DNA of 57,538 bases, counting the filler, from Dugesia japonica (lineage: Eukaryota): the NCBI GenBank assembly GCA_001938525.1. It is 5 parts of 5 records of this genome, joined end to end, with 100 filler letters (N's around TTAATTAATTAA, not from the genome) between each part and the next. Parts side by side here need not be neighbours in the genome. Positions count along the whole stretch, not along the records: positions 45,650 to 57,538 come from MQRL01634003.1; 4 more parts are not named here. One strand, given 5' to 3'. Each line of letters starts with the position of its first letter. The first letter of the stretch is position 1. The notes under the pieces were generated by a model. It was not told the origin of the DNA and ran no database searches. It saw nothing but the letters and a program-made list of their open reading frames with translations. Position numbers and translations under genes: made by a program. Positions 47,586 to 57,538 of the stretch are shown here, in pieces.

Positions 47586-50500
47586 CAGTAGTGTAGCAAG
47601 CCTACATACCACTTGGGGCAAAGTTGCTATGCACCACCTCTTACATTTGTTAAACAGGAAGATTAGTAAACTTTTTTTTACTATGTAATATCAATATTCA
47701 AACACACACATGCCTATATGTCATATCTTTCTGACCTTCTTTGCTGCACAGTCTTGCAGGATTTGTTCCATGTTCATTTTCTCCATGGTTTCCATTTCAA
47801 TGAAAGGAATAGCAAGGTTACTTAAACGAAGCTGGTTCATTGTATGTCTTGATGAGCTTTAGCTTTGAAAAGCTTCGTTCACAGCTTAAAACAAAGACGT
47901 TCATAATAATGAAAATCCAAAAAAATGATGAATAGGTTTGGTAGGGTTTCGATGAGAGTCCACTTTGTGATACATAGTAATATGTCTCCAACGTTGATTA
48001 GTAAGAGTTATCTTCTCTGGTGATGCTGAAAAAGCTATTGGCGTGCCTTCAAAATTGCTTGATCGTTTCCAGTAACTCTGTTACATTAATTTTGATGTAG
48101 ACATATGTTACCCACAGCGGCTGTTCCTTGATGTTATCTAGTTTATTTCATCTTAAAAGTAGGTGGTTTTCACAAAACCAAAGCGGTCGTTGAGATAGCG
48201 AAGCTACTGTGTTAGTGAAAATATTTCCTAAGTGAGACGATCACTCACTTCCAAGAGTTTTTTTCTACCTCCTCATCCAATGTCAGTCCCAGATTTTATG
48301 TTTCTTTGCCACGCATTCACTTTTTTCTTCTGTTAGTCTGTTGAGATATTCATTTTAGTACTGATTCTGCGAGCTGTGACGTTAGCTTATAAAACAAAAG
48401 TATCCCTCTCTTTGCAAAGGAATTATAGTAGTAAATTCATTAATTCCATAGAGTTTGAAGATACCGTTGTACATAGTCAAACTCTTTTAGTATTGGTTTC
48501 CAGAAATACAGAAAGGCTACGAATGTAGAAGACATACTGCTTTTCAGAAGACAGCAGACATATGATTTAGTTTCAAAGGTATCAAATGGGTCATTCCAAA
48601 GCTGTTTTAAGGCCAGTATCACTTCTTCTAGGATACCGCGAAGTACAGAAACAATGTCGAACCTGGCATTCTATCGCGTATCAGAAACACATTTCAATGT
48701 TTATGACTTATCCGTCATTAAGATGTAAATTTGAAAGTAGATGCTGAAAAAAATGTAAATGTTCTTTAAACCGTCCGAGATAGGTAGATATATTAGTAAA
48801 AAGAGTGGTTGCGTGGAAACAAGTTAAATTTATATTGTGGTTATTGCATGGAATGAAGTTAATATGCTTGAAAATCTTATGTATTGAACGCTGCATACGA
48901 GTATGTACTCCAGCTATTGTAACAACATTATTCAAAGCTTAACCATAACAATTGTCCATATAAAGACCGGTCATTTGCAACTTTTTGTTGTGTAATTCCT
49001 GTAATTTCTTCATTTGTTTTACCTTTCAGGAGAAAGAAGTTAATAAATGTCTTCTTGATAGAAGCAGTGCCACTATCAACTATCACATAAAGAATGATTT
49101 TAAACATCTGTTCACCATAAGAAAGGTCCAATGTACTGTCAAACATAATTGCGAAATACTTTCCATCGTGGATGTCTTTAATGATAATTGCCTAATACTT
49201 TCTCCCATGCAAGCAATAAGCTCATTTTGAATTAGTCGCGACAAATAAGAGTACACTGTCTTTTTTAATAGCTTCACTTTGGTCATGTGTTTACGAATAG
49301 CTGGATCATACTTGCCAAATAGCTTAATAGATTCCAAAAATTTTCCAGAGTTTCGCCCATCTTTATTAATCGATTTTATATGTCTTCTGAGGTCAAGGTT
49401 TTGCATTGCCAAGAACAATATACAGTCACACAGACTTTTAAGAATATGTTTCGATTTAATTTTGGTACGTTCATTTTGATATTGCAGATACACGTTCAGT
49501 TATAATTGGCTCGTTCATAAGAAATAACCATGTTCCAGAATCAGTAAAGCTATGTAAAGTAAGGACATGTGTTACGGCCAACAAGTCAATTCATCTCTTA
49601 CATTCGTGAAACACTCGCCCGCTTCTATAATTGGTACTGGTAGAGCGACCGCATTACACTGACTTTGTATATCCTTTGGCATGGGCTTAGTAGTGAGAAT
49701 ATTGGACCTAGAGTTGTCAGTTCTCATGAATGCTTTGCTGACTCCTCACAGGAATGAATGTACACATCCAACTTCTCTATAGGAACTACTTGCACAAATT
49801 AGTGGAATCGTTGCACATCACGTCTCTATTGGTCTTCTTTCTCTTCACGAAGTTAGTTGTAGGCAGCACCACTCAGACCACATAGTTTGCTCATTTATGA
49901 GTAATGTGCCTAACACACTTATTGTTGATCATATCGAATGCCAAAAGACTCTTTCAAAATGTGATTGCACTTATTGCAATAGTTATATATCATTTATAAA
50001 ATGATATAAAGTTTTAAATTTTTTAAAATTAAACGATATTATTTGTTTAAATAATTCATTATTAATAAAGTTTTTTTGTATTAAATAAACAATTATGGAA
50101 AGCTAAAGTCTTTTAACTGCAATGATTAGGTGCTTAAGCATTAAACAGTCATTTAATTAAATTTTATTATAAAAAGTTCAAAACAAACAAAGACTTACAA
50201 AAGTAGAATACTATTTAAAATTTAGATTCTAAATATTTCAATAATCAGCATCACTCACACGAAAAATTAACAGGTACACATGAAAACTCAGTGAAGAAAC
50301 AATTGCTGCAACCCGCATCAATAACAAGCTAAAACAAACTGATTTTATTATGGATGCGTGCGTAAATGTGTGCTCTATGTGAAAATGAATAGCCATTTCG
50401 TTGTTATTTATTCAAAGTTCTGTGTTCAGAACTTCCTACCTATTCACATGTAAATTGTAATGGATATAAATACTACTTTATATCTAGTCGATTATTGAAT

Positions 50501-50673
50501 CGATGCATTACTTATTTCCGTGTTACATCATGCTATAAGTTATAGCATATAACTGTTTTATTTTTCCCACCTTACGAATTACAAAAAGCACAGCAGATTG
50601 AAGAAGCATAATCACATTTTGCCGTCCCTATAAAAGTGCCCACGGGCATTTCCATCGCTTTACTGCGCTACTG
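47586..50673 (-). mobile_element. hAT element (ZMYM1/DUF4371-type transposase), degenerate
   Basis: TIRs CAGTAGTGTAG / CTGCGCTACTG. TSD CTGATTAA/CTGAGTAA. ILFLAMQNL.LR.H...NSGKFLE...YLS..IQNELI, FDSTLD.S..EQM, SCERSFSKLK. Confidence 0.9.
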
Positions 50674-51040
50674 CTGAGTAAATATACATATTGATTTTAA
50701 ACTTTTGTTTCATTTACAATTAAAAAACTCTACAAATTTATGTTCCAATCTAATAATATAACTTTTAATTTCATAAATAATCTCTTTTATCTGTAATATT
50801 TAAAAATTAAATTGTTTAACGGAAAAAAATCTATCTTAACTCTTTCTTTAAAGAAAATATAACTTTTTAATATTTAAAACAGCTTTTAATTTAATAGATC
50901 GTATTGTATTAACTTTATTTTGATATAGGTTATAATTTAATATGCATACTATAGTACTAAATTCAAATATATTTTTCATACCAAAATAAATCTTTTATTT
51001 CAAATTGTCATAAATTAATAAATGAGTTGATATCTTAGAA

Positions 51041-51333
51041 CAGGGATGCACAACATACGGCCTGTGACCCAAGTCCATGAAAAATCCAAAGGGTATTTTT
51101 TTAATAGAAATATAATTCTATACAATCAATATTTCACCGATTCACAACAATCTCCTCCAAAATATTAGCAGCGAAATGACACTTTAACAGTGCTATATTA
51201 AATTTTTGAAATTATATAGCACCTATAATATCATTGATGCATATCATTTGGCCCAAAATATTTGCATGCATGGCCCACAACATTGTTTTAAACTGATAAT
51301 GTGGCCCATCTAAAAAAATGTTTTTCACCACTG
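51041..51333. mobile_element. Non-autonomous hAT MITE
   Basis: CAGGG...CACTG ends, perfect 8-bp TSD TCTTAGAA, subterminal TGGCCC repeats. Confidence 0.85.
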
Positions 51334-51368
51334 TCTTAGAATCTAAATTAGTTGAACTATTAAATATA

Positions 51369-51560
51369 TTTATAATTACAATTATTGTGAGAATAATTGT
51401 TGGACTTAACCATTGATCGCATTTGAGATTTCATTAAAATAAATAAAAAGCTTCGATCAAAATAAAATGTATTTGTAAAATATTTCAAATTTTCGACAAT
51501 AGTCTTCTTCAGGGACATGTTGTCTTCTTGGTATATTCAACGCAATAGATCTTTGTTACT
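51369..51560 (-). mobile_element. Penelope-like terminal repeat copy with an eroded hammerhead core
   Basis: Near-identical to 7102-7200. Minus strand reads CUGAAGA-AGACUAUUGUC-GAAA at 51512-51491. Confidence 0.65.
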
Positions 51561-52894
51561 CAATTCTTTAGATTTTATCGAAATTTTATTGGTTTATTTT
51601 AATTATGGATTTTAACTTTTATTTTTAAATTAACTCATATAAATTTGTTAATTAAATAGAAAAGTCTTTTAGATATTTTAGATATATTATAATTAAAAAT
51701 TTTTAAATTTGGTATTTTTTTTGAATTGAAAATTTTAAAAATTTATTGTGTTTTTTTAAAAATTATTTACTATGTATATATAATTAGAGTTTTTATTTAT
51801 GTTATATATAATTTAAGTTATTTTAAAAATGAATTTTTATAAATTTTTTTAAAATTCATTTAAAAAAGAGTTATTTTTAAGATTACTTTGTTCTAAAATT
51901 TCTTCTAAATTACAACCATTTTCACTTAAAGTAGATTCAACTACAGAAGTAATTNTATAACTAGACATAATAGTTTTCATTAGTTTTTATTTATTGATTT
52001 TCTTTAAATAAATAATATAGGTTTTGAATTTTCTAAAATAGAATCAATGATTTCTCTAAATTTATTACTATTACCACCTGGACCGTTTTTCCTATCATCC
52101 ATAGTAAATATAAAAACATTACTAGGATAAGTACAGAATTTAAATTTTTTGAGAGCTCGACTTCAATTTTAGAAATTTTAAATACTTATATTGAAAATTA
52201 TTGATTATGCCATTTTATCGAAAAATCTTTTAAAAAAAAATATATATTAAAATTAAAATTTATTTCTTAAAAACAAATTAAGTTTATATAAATATAAATA
52301 ATAATAATGAAAATTTCAAGTATCTATAATGCTATTTAAATCTTTTTAATTAAATTATTTTTTTTAAATAAAAAATTATTTAGAAATATAAATTTTTATA
52401 AAAAATATATATTTTAGAAATTGGAGTTGATTTTCAAATTGTTTGGCTTTGTAAGAAAAATTCATTTTGTATGAAGAAAACAAAATAATTAAAACATTCC
52501 TTTTTTNNNNNNNNNNNNNNNNNNNNNNNNNNNNNNNNNNNNNNNNNNNNNNNNNNNGAGCCTTTTTGACTCATCTAACTAAATTACTTTTTATTTTAAA
52601 GATTTAATTATTCACATCATAATTTTTATAGGAGAACTAAATTTTAAGAACGTGTTTATGAATGTTCGTACATCATCATCAAAATCATTGTCATCACATT
52701 TTTCTTAAACATTATTTCTTCATTGAAATTATTTTCTCTAACATTAACCACTTCAGATATCCATACAATGCTTTCCTCTATTAAAAATAATAAAATTAGT
52801 ATTTTCATCAACTATATTAAAGTTTATTTATGAATTTTGTGTTGTTTGAACAAGTATATAACTAGAACAACATATTCTTGTTATAATCATATAT

Positions 52895-52983
52895 TAGTAT
52901 ATGTATATTTACTTTTCGAAGCAAGCCTAGCCTTCGCGATGCTCAGGCCAAACTTACTTCGAAAAGTAAATATACATATACTA
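52895..52983. repeat. Perfect 27-bp inverted repeat with a 35-nt GC-rich loop
   Basis: TAGTATATGTATATTTACTTTTCGAAG ... CTTCGAAAAGTAAATATACATATACTA. Confidence 0.92.
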
Positions 52984-53096
52984 TATATAGCCTGGAATGT
53001 TAAATGTTAAGGATTTAAGTGAAAAGCCTAGAAATTTAGAGAAAAAAACCTAAAATATTAAAAAATGGGTTGAAGCCAAATATCTGTGATGGTTAG

Positions 53097-53390
53097 GAGT
53101 GTAAAATAAGATCTCGGTGTAAAATGTGAATGTAAAATGTTAGATTTGAGATTCGAGTGTAAAATGAGAGATTTGAGATTCGAGTATAAAATGTAAAATG
53201 TCAGATTTGAGATTCGAGTATAAAATGTAAAATGTAAATGTAAAATGTGAGATTTGAGATTCGAGTGTAAAATGAGAGATTTGAGTGTAAAATGTAAAAT
53301 AAGATCTTGATGTTAAAAATTGTCATAAAAAAATCTCACAATAAATTGTAAAATGAGAAATCCCTAAGCTCTAAGCTCTAAGCTCTAAGC
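53097..53390 (+). repeat. Tandem array of AGATTTGAGATTCGAGTRTAAAATG units plus (CTAAGCT)x4
   Basis: Four full units and several partial units, interleaved with TGTAAAA repeats. Confidence 0.88.
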
Positions 53391-53422
53391 CTACTATTAA
53401 AATTGTTTATTTAGAAAACAAT

Positions 53423-53836
53423 ATGAATAACCTAGTTTATGATGAATGTTACTTTTATACTAATGATGAAATAATGAATACATTTCATGAACCAATTTAT
53501 TATGGTAAATTAATTGGAAATGAAATAAGAGAAATAAAACAAATAAAAGAAAATATTACCACTGTTTTAAATCATTATAAAAAGTTTGATGTAATGATAA
53601 TTATAAAAGCTAGATATTCATTAATGATTACTAAAGAGTTAGTTGAAAAAGATTTTGATTTTGCTTCTCTGAATAAATTTACTGAGGAAAACAAAATTTC
53701 TTTATTTGAGAAATTAGAAGATTATCTAGAAATAAATAAACAAGATGGAGATGATGAATATTATTCTGGGATACCAAAATGGAAATTTGAAAACATTTTA
53801 AAATATAAATTATTTTATAAATTTGATAAAACCTAA
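53423..53836 (+). CDS. Hypothetical Polinton accessory protein
   Basis: Intact 137-aa intronless ORF with A-rich start context. Confidence 0.65.
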   Translation: MNNLVYDECYFYTNDEIMNTFHEPIYYGKLIGNEIREIKQIKENITTVLNHYKKFDVMIIIKARYSLMITKELVEKDFDFASLNKFTEENKISLFEKLEDYLEINKQDGDDEYYSGIPKWKFENILKYKLFYKFDKT

Positions 53837-53876
53837 ACCTTAAACCCCAAATCCTAAATCCTTAAACTAAAATATA

Positions 53877-54197
53877 TCAACCATCTGACTCGAATTTAAT
53901 ATATTTTAAAAATTCTTTATTTGACATCTTTGTATAATTTATTTTTGGTTTATTTGAATAACTCGTTGTTGGTTTATTTTCTTCAGCTTGAAATCTTTTT
54001 TTTAAAGATTCATAATTTCCACAAACATCTCTTTTGGGTAATTTTAAAAAATTTTTTCTATTATAAGGAATATTAAATTCTCTTAAATATTTTCTTATTG
54101 TTTGTTCACTCACATTATTTATCTTACAAAAACTTAAAACTGAATTATTAACAAAATCATAATTTTTTAACATATTATAAAAATTATCATTATCCAT
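53877..54197 (-). CDS. Small helix-turn-helix DNA-binding protein
   Basis: Intact 106-aa ORF. SVLSFCKINNVSEQTIRKYLREFNIP fits an HTH pattern. Confidence 0.65.
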   Translation of the reverse strand: MDNDNFYNMLKNYDFVNNSVLSFCKINNVSEQTIRKYLREFNIPYNRKNFLKLPKRDVCGNYESLKKRFQAEENKPTTSYSNKPKINYTKMSNKEFLKYIKFESDG

Positions 54198-54223
54198 TTT
54201 TATTAAGAAAATATTTAATCATA

Positions 54224-54344
54224 CTTTACCTTAACCTTACCTTACCTTAACCTTACCTTACCTTACCGTACCTTACCTTACCTTACCATACCTTACCATA
54301 CCGTACCCTAACCGTACTGTAACCGTGCCGTAACCGTACTGTAA
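54224..54344. repeat. (CCTTA)n-derived pentanucleotide microsatellite between divergent genes
   Basis: CCTTA units grade into CCATA, CCGTA and CTGTA. Confidence 0.9.
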
Positions 54345-54382
54345 TGAATTTTATTGTTATTATTAAATTAATCCTATAGAAA

Positions 54383-55063
54383 ATGGAGGATAATAATAGT
54401 AATAATAATAATAATAATAATAATACACAAGTTATGGGGATAAAAACTTTATACAACACTGTTGCTAATATTAAAAAAATAAAGAACTTAAATATTACTG
54501 ACATTGATAATTTTTCAAAGTTTGATCTTACAAAAGAATGTGCGTCAGAATATTTTGATATTTTAAAATCATTACATGAACAGATTCCTGATAATAAAGA
54601 TAATGAAAAATTTAAAATTTTATTAAATATTGTGGTAGCTAAATTTTGTGAATCAGATTGTAAAAGTATAATAATAAATGATATGAATCAACATGAATCT
54701 AGAAATATGGAAATAATTAAAGAATTAGAAATTGCATGTCAAAAAGAAAGAGATGAAGTTAATAAATTAAGAGCAAAATTAAATATGGAGCTAAAACCAA
54801 AAGAGGTAGAACATCCTGGATTAAGATTATCAATAACAAAAAATCAAAAGAAAATTTTATCATTTGATGAATGTATGGAAATTTCTCAAAAAATAAAAGA
54901 AAATGGAAATTTATTAACTTCAAGAATGACCCGAGTAAAAGTTCCAGAAGGATATGAAAATAAAGTGGATCGAATTTATGTTGGTATAGCAGATGATGAT
55001 AAAGAAACTGGAATTATGGTTAAGGATTCAAAAGGTAAAAAAAAAGCTCTAAGAAATGAGTAG
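54383..55063 (+). CDS. Hypothetical Polinton accessory protein (poly-Asn N-terminus, central coiled coil)
   Basis: Intact 226-aa ORF overlapping the capsid start by 8 bp. Confidence 0.7.
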   Translation: MEDNNSNNNNNNNNTQVMGIKTLYNTVANIKKIKNLNITDIDNFSKFDLTKECASEYFDILKSLHEQIPDNKDNEKFKILLNIVVAKFCESDCKSIIINDMNQHESRNMEIIKELEIACQKERDEVNKLRAKLNMELKPKEVEHPGLRLSITKNQKKILSFDECMEISQKIKENGNLLTSRMTRVKVPEGYENKVDRIYVGIADDDKETGIMVKDSKGKKKALRNE

Positions 55064-56356
55064 GTTAGATTTAGATGATAATATTCAATTTAGACATACA
55101 TCGTTAAAAAATGACATTCTAAGAATTGCACCAACATCTGGATCAATAAATAATTTAAATTCTTCAGGAGATATNNNNNNNCAAAGTTTACAATCAACTA
55201 ATGCATTAGATATTTGCAATTCAATGTTATATTTTAGAATTGAAATTACACCATCAGATCCCGCTAAAATTACCCTCGAAAATAATTTTTTTCCTAGTTT
55301 ATTTAAATCAATGAGATTAACCCTAGGATCAACAGATANNNNNNNNNNNNNNNNNNNNNNNNNNNNNNNNNNNNNNNNNNNNNNNNNNNNNNNNNNNNNN
55401 NNNNNNNNTGGAAAAAACAATATGGTCAAATGTCAGGATGGATGCCAGATATTGATGAAGGAGATATAAAAACAAATGCTGCTTATAAAATTAGACAGAA
55501 ACTTTATAAGAAAAATAAATTTGAAGGATATTTTCAATTAAGAAATTTATTTGGATTTATGCAAAATTATAATAGACCTTTATATAGTACAATGATTGAG
55601 TTTACATGTAATCGTCAAATTCAAGATAAATTATTATTTTATGGAGAAGCCGGAACAAAAGCTGAATTAAAGTTATTAACCTTAGAATTACATATTCCAG
55701 AATATAGATTATTACCCAGATCAGAATTAATTTTACTTGATAGAATTGCAACTAATAAACCAATTAAAGTATCGTTCCTGAACCGCATTACTGCGAAATC
55801 AAACTTGGATGCCGGAGGCTATTACTCAATTAAGATTAGCAGTCTTGCGTACCAACCACGATATGTTTTAATTTGTATTAAAGATAATGATATTTCATTT
55901 GAAAAAAATAATAATCTATTTATTCAGAAAAGTAAAACAATTACAAAAGGTGTTGCACCAGCACCAGATGTAATTCATAAACATTATTTAAAATCAATAC
56001 AGATACAATTAAATAATTCCTATTACCCAATTAATGAATGTAAATTTAATATGGAAAATAATGAAATGATTTTTCCTTACAATAATTATAAACAATGTTG
56101 TCTAGAGTTTTTTAATGAACCTCAATTATCATTAATGGACTTTGGAAATTTATATCCAATGTTTTGTTTTGACGTTAGTGCCCATGATGATAAAATGAAT
56201 ATTAATAATGTTGATGTAACACTTCATCTAAATAAAGACCCAGATTTTAAAGGAAGTATTTATTGGTGTATCCTTGAAGAAAAACATGTAGAAATGAAAT
56301 TAGCTAATAGTAAAATTGTTTTGATTGAGAATTTAAGGGGAGCAGATGTACAATAA
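55056..56356 (+). CDS. Polinton/adintovirus major capsid protein (double jelly-roll)
   Basis: NLNSSG, ITLENNFFPSLFKSMRL.LG, LRNLFGFMQNYNRPLY, LELHIP, PRYVLI, LKSIQIQLNNSYYP, YPMFCFDVS. The only frame change falls across the N gap 55339-55408. Confidence 0.88.
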
Positions 56357-56366
56357 TAAATAAAAA

Positions 56367-56531
56367 TGGTCACGAAGCAAGCTATGTTTTTATCCTTATA
56401 TTAAAATTCAAATCTCAAATATTGGTCACGAAGCAAGCTATGTTTTTATCCTTATATTAAAATTCAAATCTCAAATATTGGTCACGAAGTGACCTTGTTT
56501 TTATCCTTATATTAAAATTCAAATCTCAAAT
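56367..56531 (+). repeat. 56-bp tandem repeat x3 between the capsid and integrase genes
   Basis: TGGTCACGAAGCAAGCTATGTTTTTATCCTTATATTAAAATTCAAATCTCAAATAT at 56367 and 56423, with a variant copy at 56479. Confidence 0.92.
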
Positions 56532-56581
56532 CCTAAATCTGAAAAAATTCCTCATAAAATTGAAAAATTCTTCTTAAATAA

Positions 56582-57538
56582 ATGGCACATCCTCCGGATG
56601 CACCAAAATCAAAAATGACTAAATTTATGTGTGAAAATTGTGGTAAAATTATTTTAAAAAAAAATAAATCAAGACATTTAGATTTATGTATAAATAATGT
56701 TAAACACAAATCTAGCGGAGCCCCAATAAATGGAGGCCCCTATAAAGGAGGAGATCTTCAATCTTCTAAAATTACTTCTGCATTATTAAAACCTTTTACT
56801 TGGGAAAAATATCCAGGAGAAAGACATTTATTTAAACATAATTACACAGGCCCAGGTACACGTTTGGACATTCGACTTCAGGAGAATTCCGAGGGAATCC
56901 TAACACCCAGACCAGGAGAAGAACCAATTAATAGAGTTGACGAATCAGCAATGCACCATGACATTGCGTATTCATCTACCGATATACGCGATCGTCATAT
57001 TGCAGATGTAAATTTAATACATGATTTAAATAATATTGAAAATCCAACTACTATTGAAAAAATACAAAGAGCTTTAGTAAAATTAGCAATGAAAGGTAAA
57101 ATTGTTATTGGGGGAGCAGGTAAAAAAAAAGATCCATTTAAAAAAAGTACAATTATTGATGAAGAAAGTGATGATGACAATGATAGCAGCACAGCTGCTT
57201 TATCAAACTCCCAAGAAATAAATAACAATAATAGCAACTCCGTTGCTTCATTTATTAAGGCTAATGAGTTACATAAAGATTTTAGAAAACCAAGACATTT
57301 TAGAAAAGTAATAGTTCACAATAAAGATGATATTTGGTCAGCNNNNNNNNNNNNNNNNNNNATTGAAAGAAAAGGTAAACATGTAATCTTAACAGTTATA
57401 GATCTCTATACAAGATTTGCTTTTATTGAATTAACAAATGGGAAAACTGGTCCTAAAATTACAAATGCATTTGAAAAGATTCTTGATAAAAGTTTTAGAA
57501 CTCCAAATAAATTATGGGTTGATAAAGGTAAAGAATTT
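56582..57538 (+). CDS. Zn-finger / parvovirus-like phospholipase A2 / retroviral-type integrase fusion (3'-incomplete)
   Basis: Single open frame missing from the ORF track: CENCGK...RHLDLC; HNYTGPGT...PINRVDESAMHHDIAY...RHIAD; ANELHK.FRK...RKVIV...DDIWSA...ILTVIDLYTRFA...PNKLWVDKGKEF. Confidence 0.93.
   Translation, partial: MAHPPDAPKSKMTKFMCENCGKIILKKNKSRHLDLCINNVKHKSSGAPINGGPYKGGDLQSSKITSALLKPFTWEKYPGERHLFKHNYTGPGTRLDIRLQENSEGILTPRPGEEPINRVDESAMHHDIAYSSTDIRDRHIADVNLIHDLNNIENPTTIEKIQRALVKLAMKGKIVIGGAGKKKDPFKKSTIIDEESDDDNDSSTAALSNSQEINNNNSNSVASFIKANELHKDFRKPRHFRKVIVHNKDDIWSXXXXXXXIERKGKHVILTVIDLYTRFAFIELTNGKTGPKITNAFEKILDKSFRTPNKLWVDKGKEF

Noticed and set aside
51860-52170. Short minus-strand coding-like stretch (CTYPSNVFIFTMDDRKNGPGG...)
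   Set aside because: No clear start or splice structure and no domain recognised.
56367-56531. CRISPR-like array considered for the 56-bp, 66-bp and 53.1-kb repeats
   Set aside because: Units are head-to-tail with no unique spacers, there are no cas genes, and the context is eukaryotic.

Overview
AT-rich eukaryotic DNA. The 37-55 bp GT-AG introns and the transposon repertoire suggest an invertebrate, possibly a triclad flatworm (inference only). The window is not one locus. Four artificial N-TTAATTAATTAA-N spacers (~9915-10014, ~20286-20386, ~34757-34856, ~45550-45649) join five contigs. Contig 1 is a decayed Polinton/Maverick (adintovirus-like) element with packaging ATPase, integrase remnant, penton end, major capsid, protease fragment and pPolB fragments. 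It also carries a TATA-binding-protein-like gene and a small spliced gene. Contig 2 has Gypsy remnants, an apparently intact micro-intron host gene with a plakin-type SH3-like domain, mariner and MULE remnants, and a Penelope-like insert with a minimal hammerhead ribozyme motif. Contig 3 has a Gypsy integrase plus LTR fused to a region with an env-like membrane protein and a coiled-coil gene, a mini-element with Polinton-style AGTAGT ends, and a frameshifted Polinton pPolB. Contig 4 has a Tc1-like DD35E element and a hAT element interrupted by a 2.8-kb TG...CA insert (4-bp TSD) that carries a spliced gene. Contig 5 has nested mariner/hAT elements and, at its right end, a well-preserved Polinton-like virus segment: hairpin, repeat arrays, HTH gene, major capsid, and a Zn-finger/PLA2/integrase fusion ORF that runs off the window. 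All calls come from manual reading and motif recognition. No searches were run.
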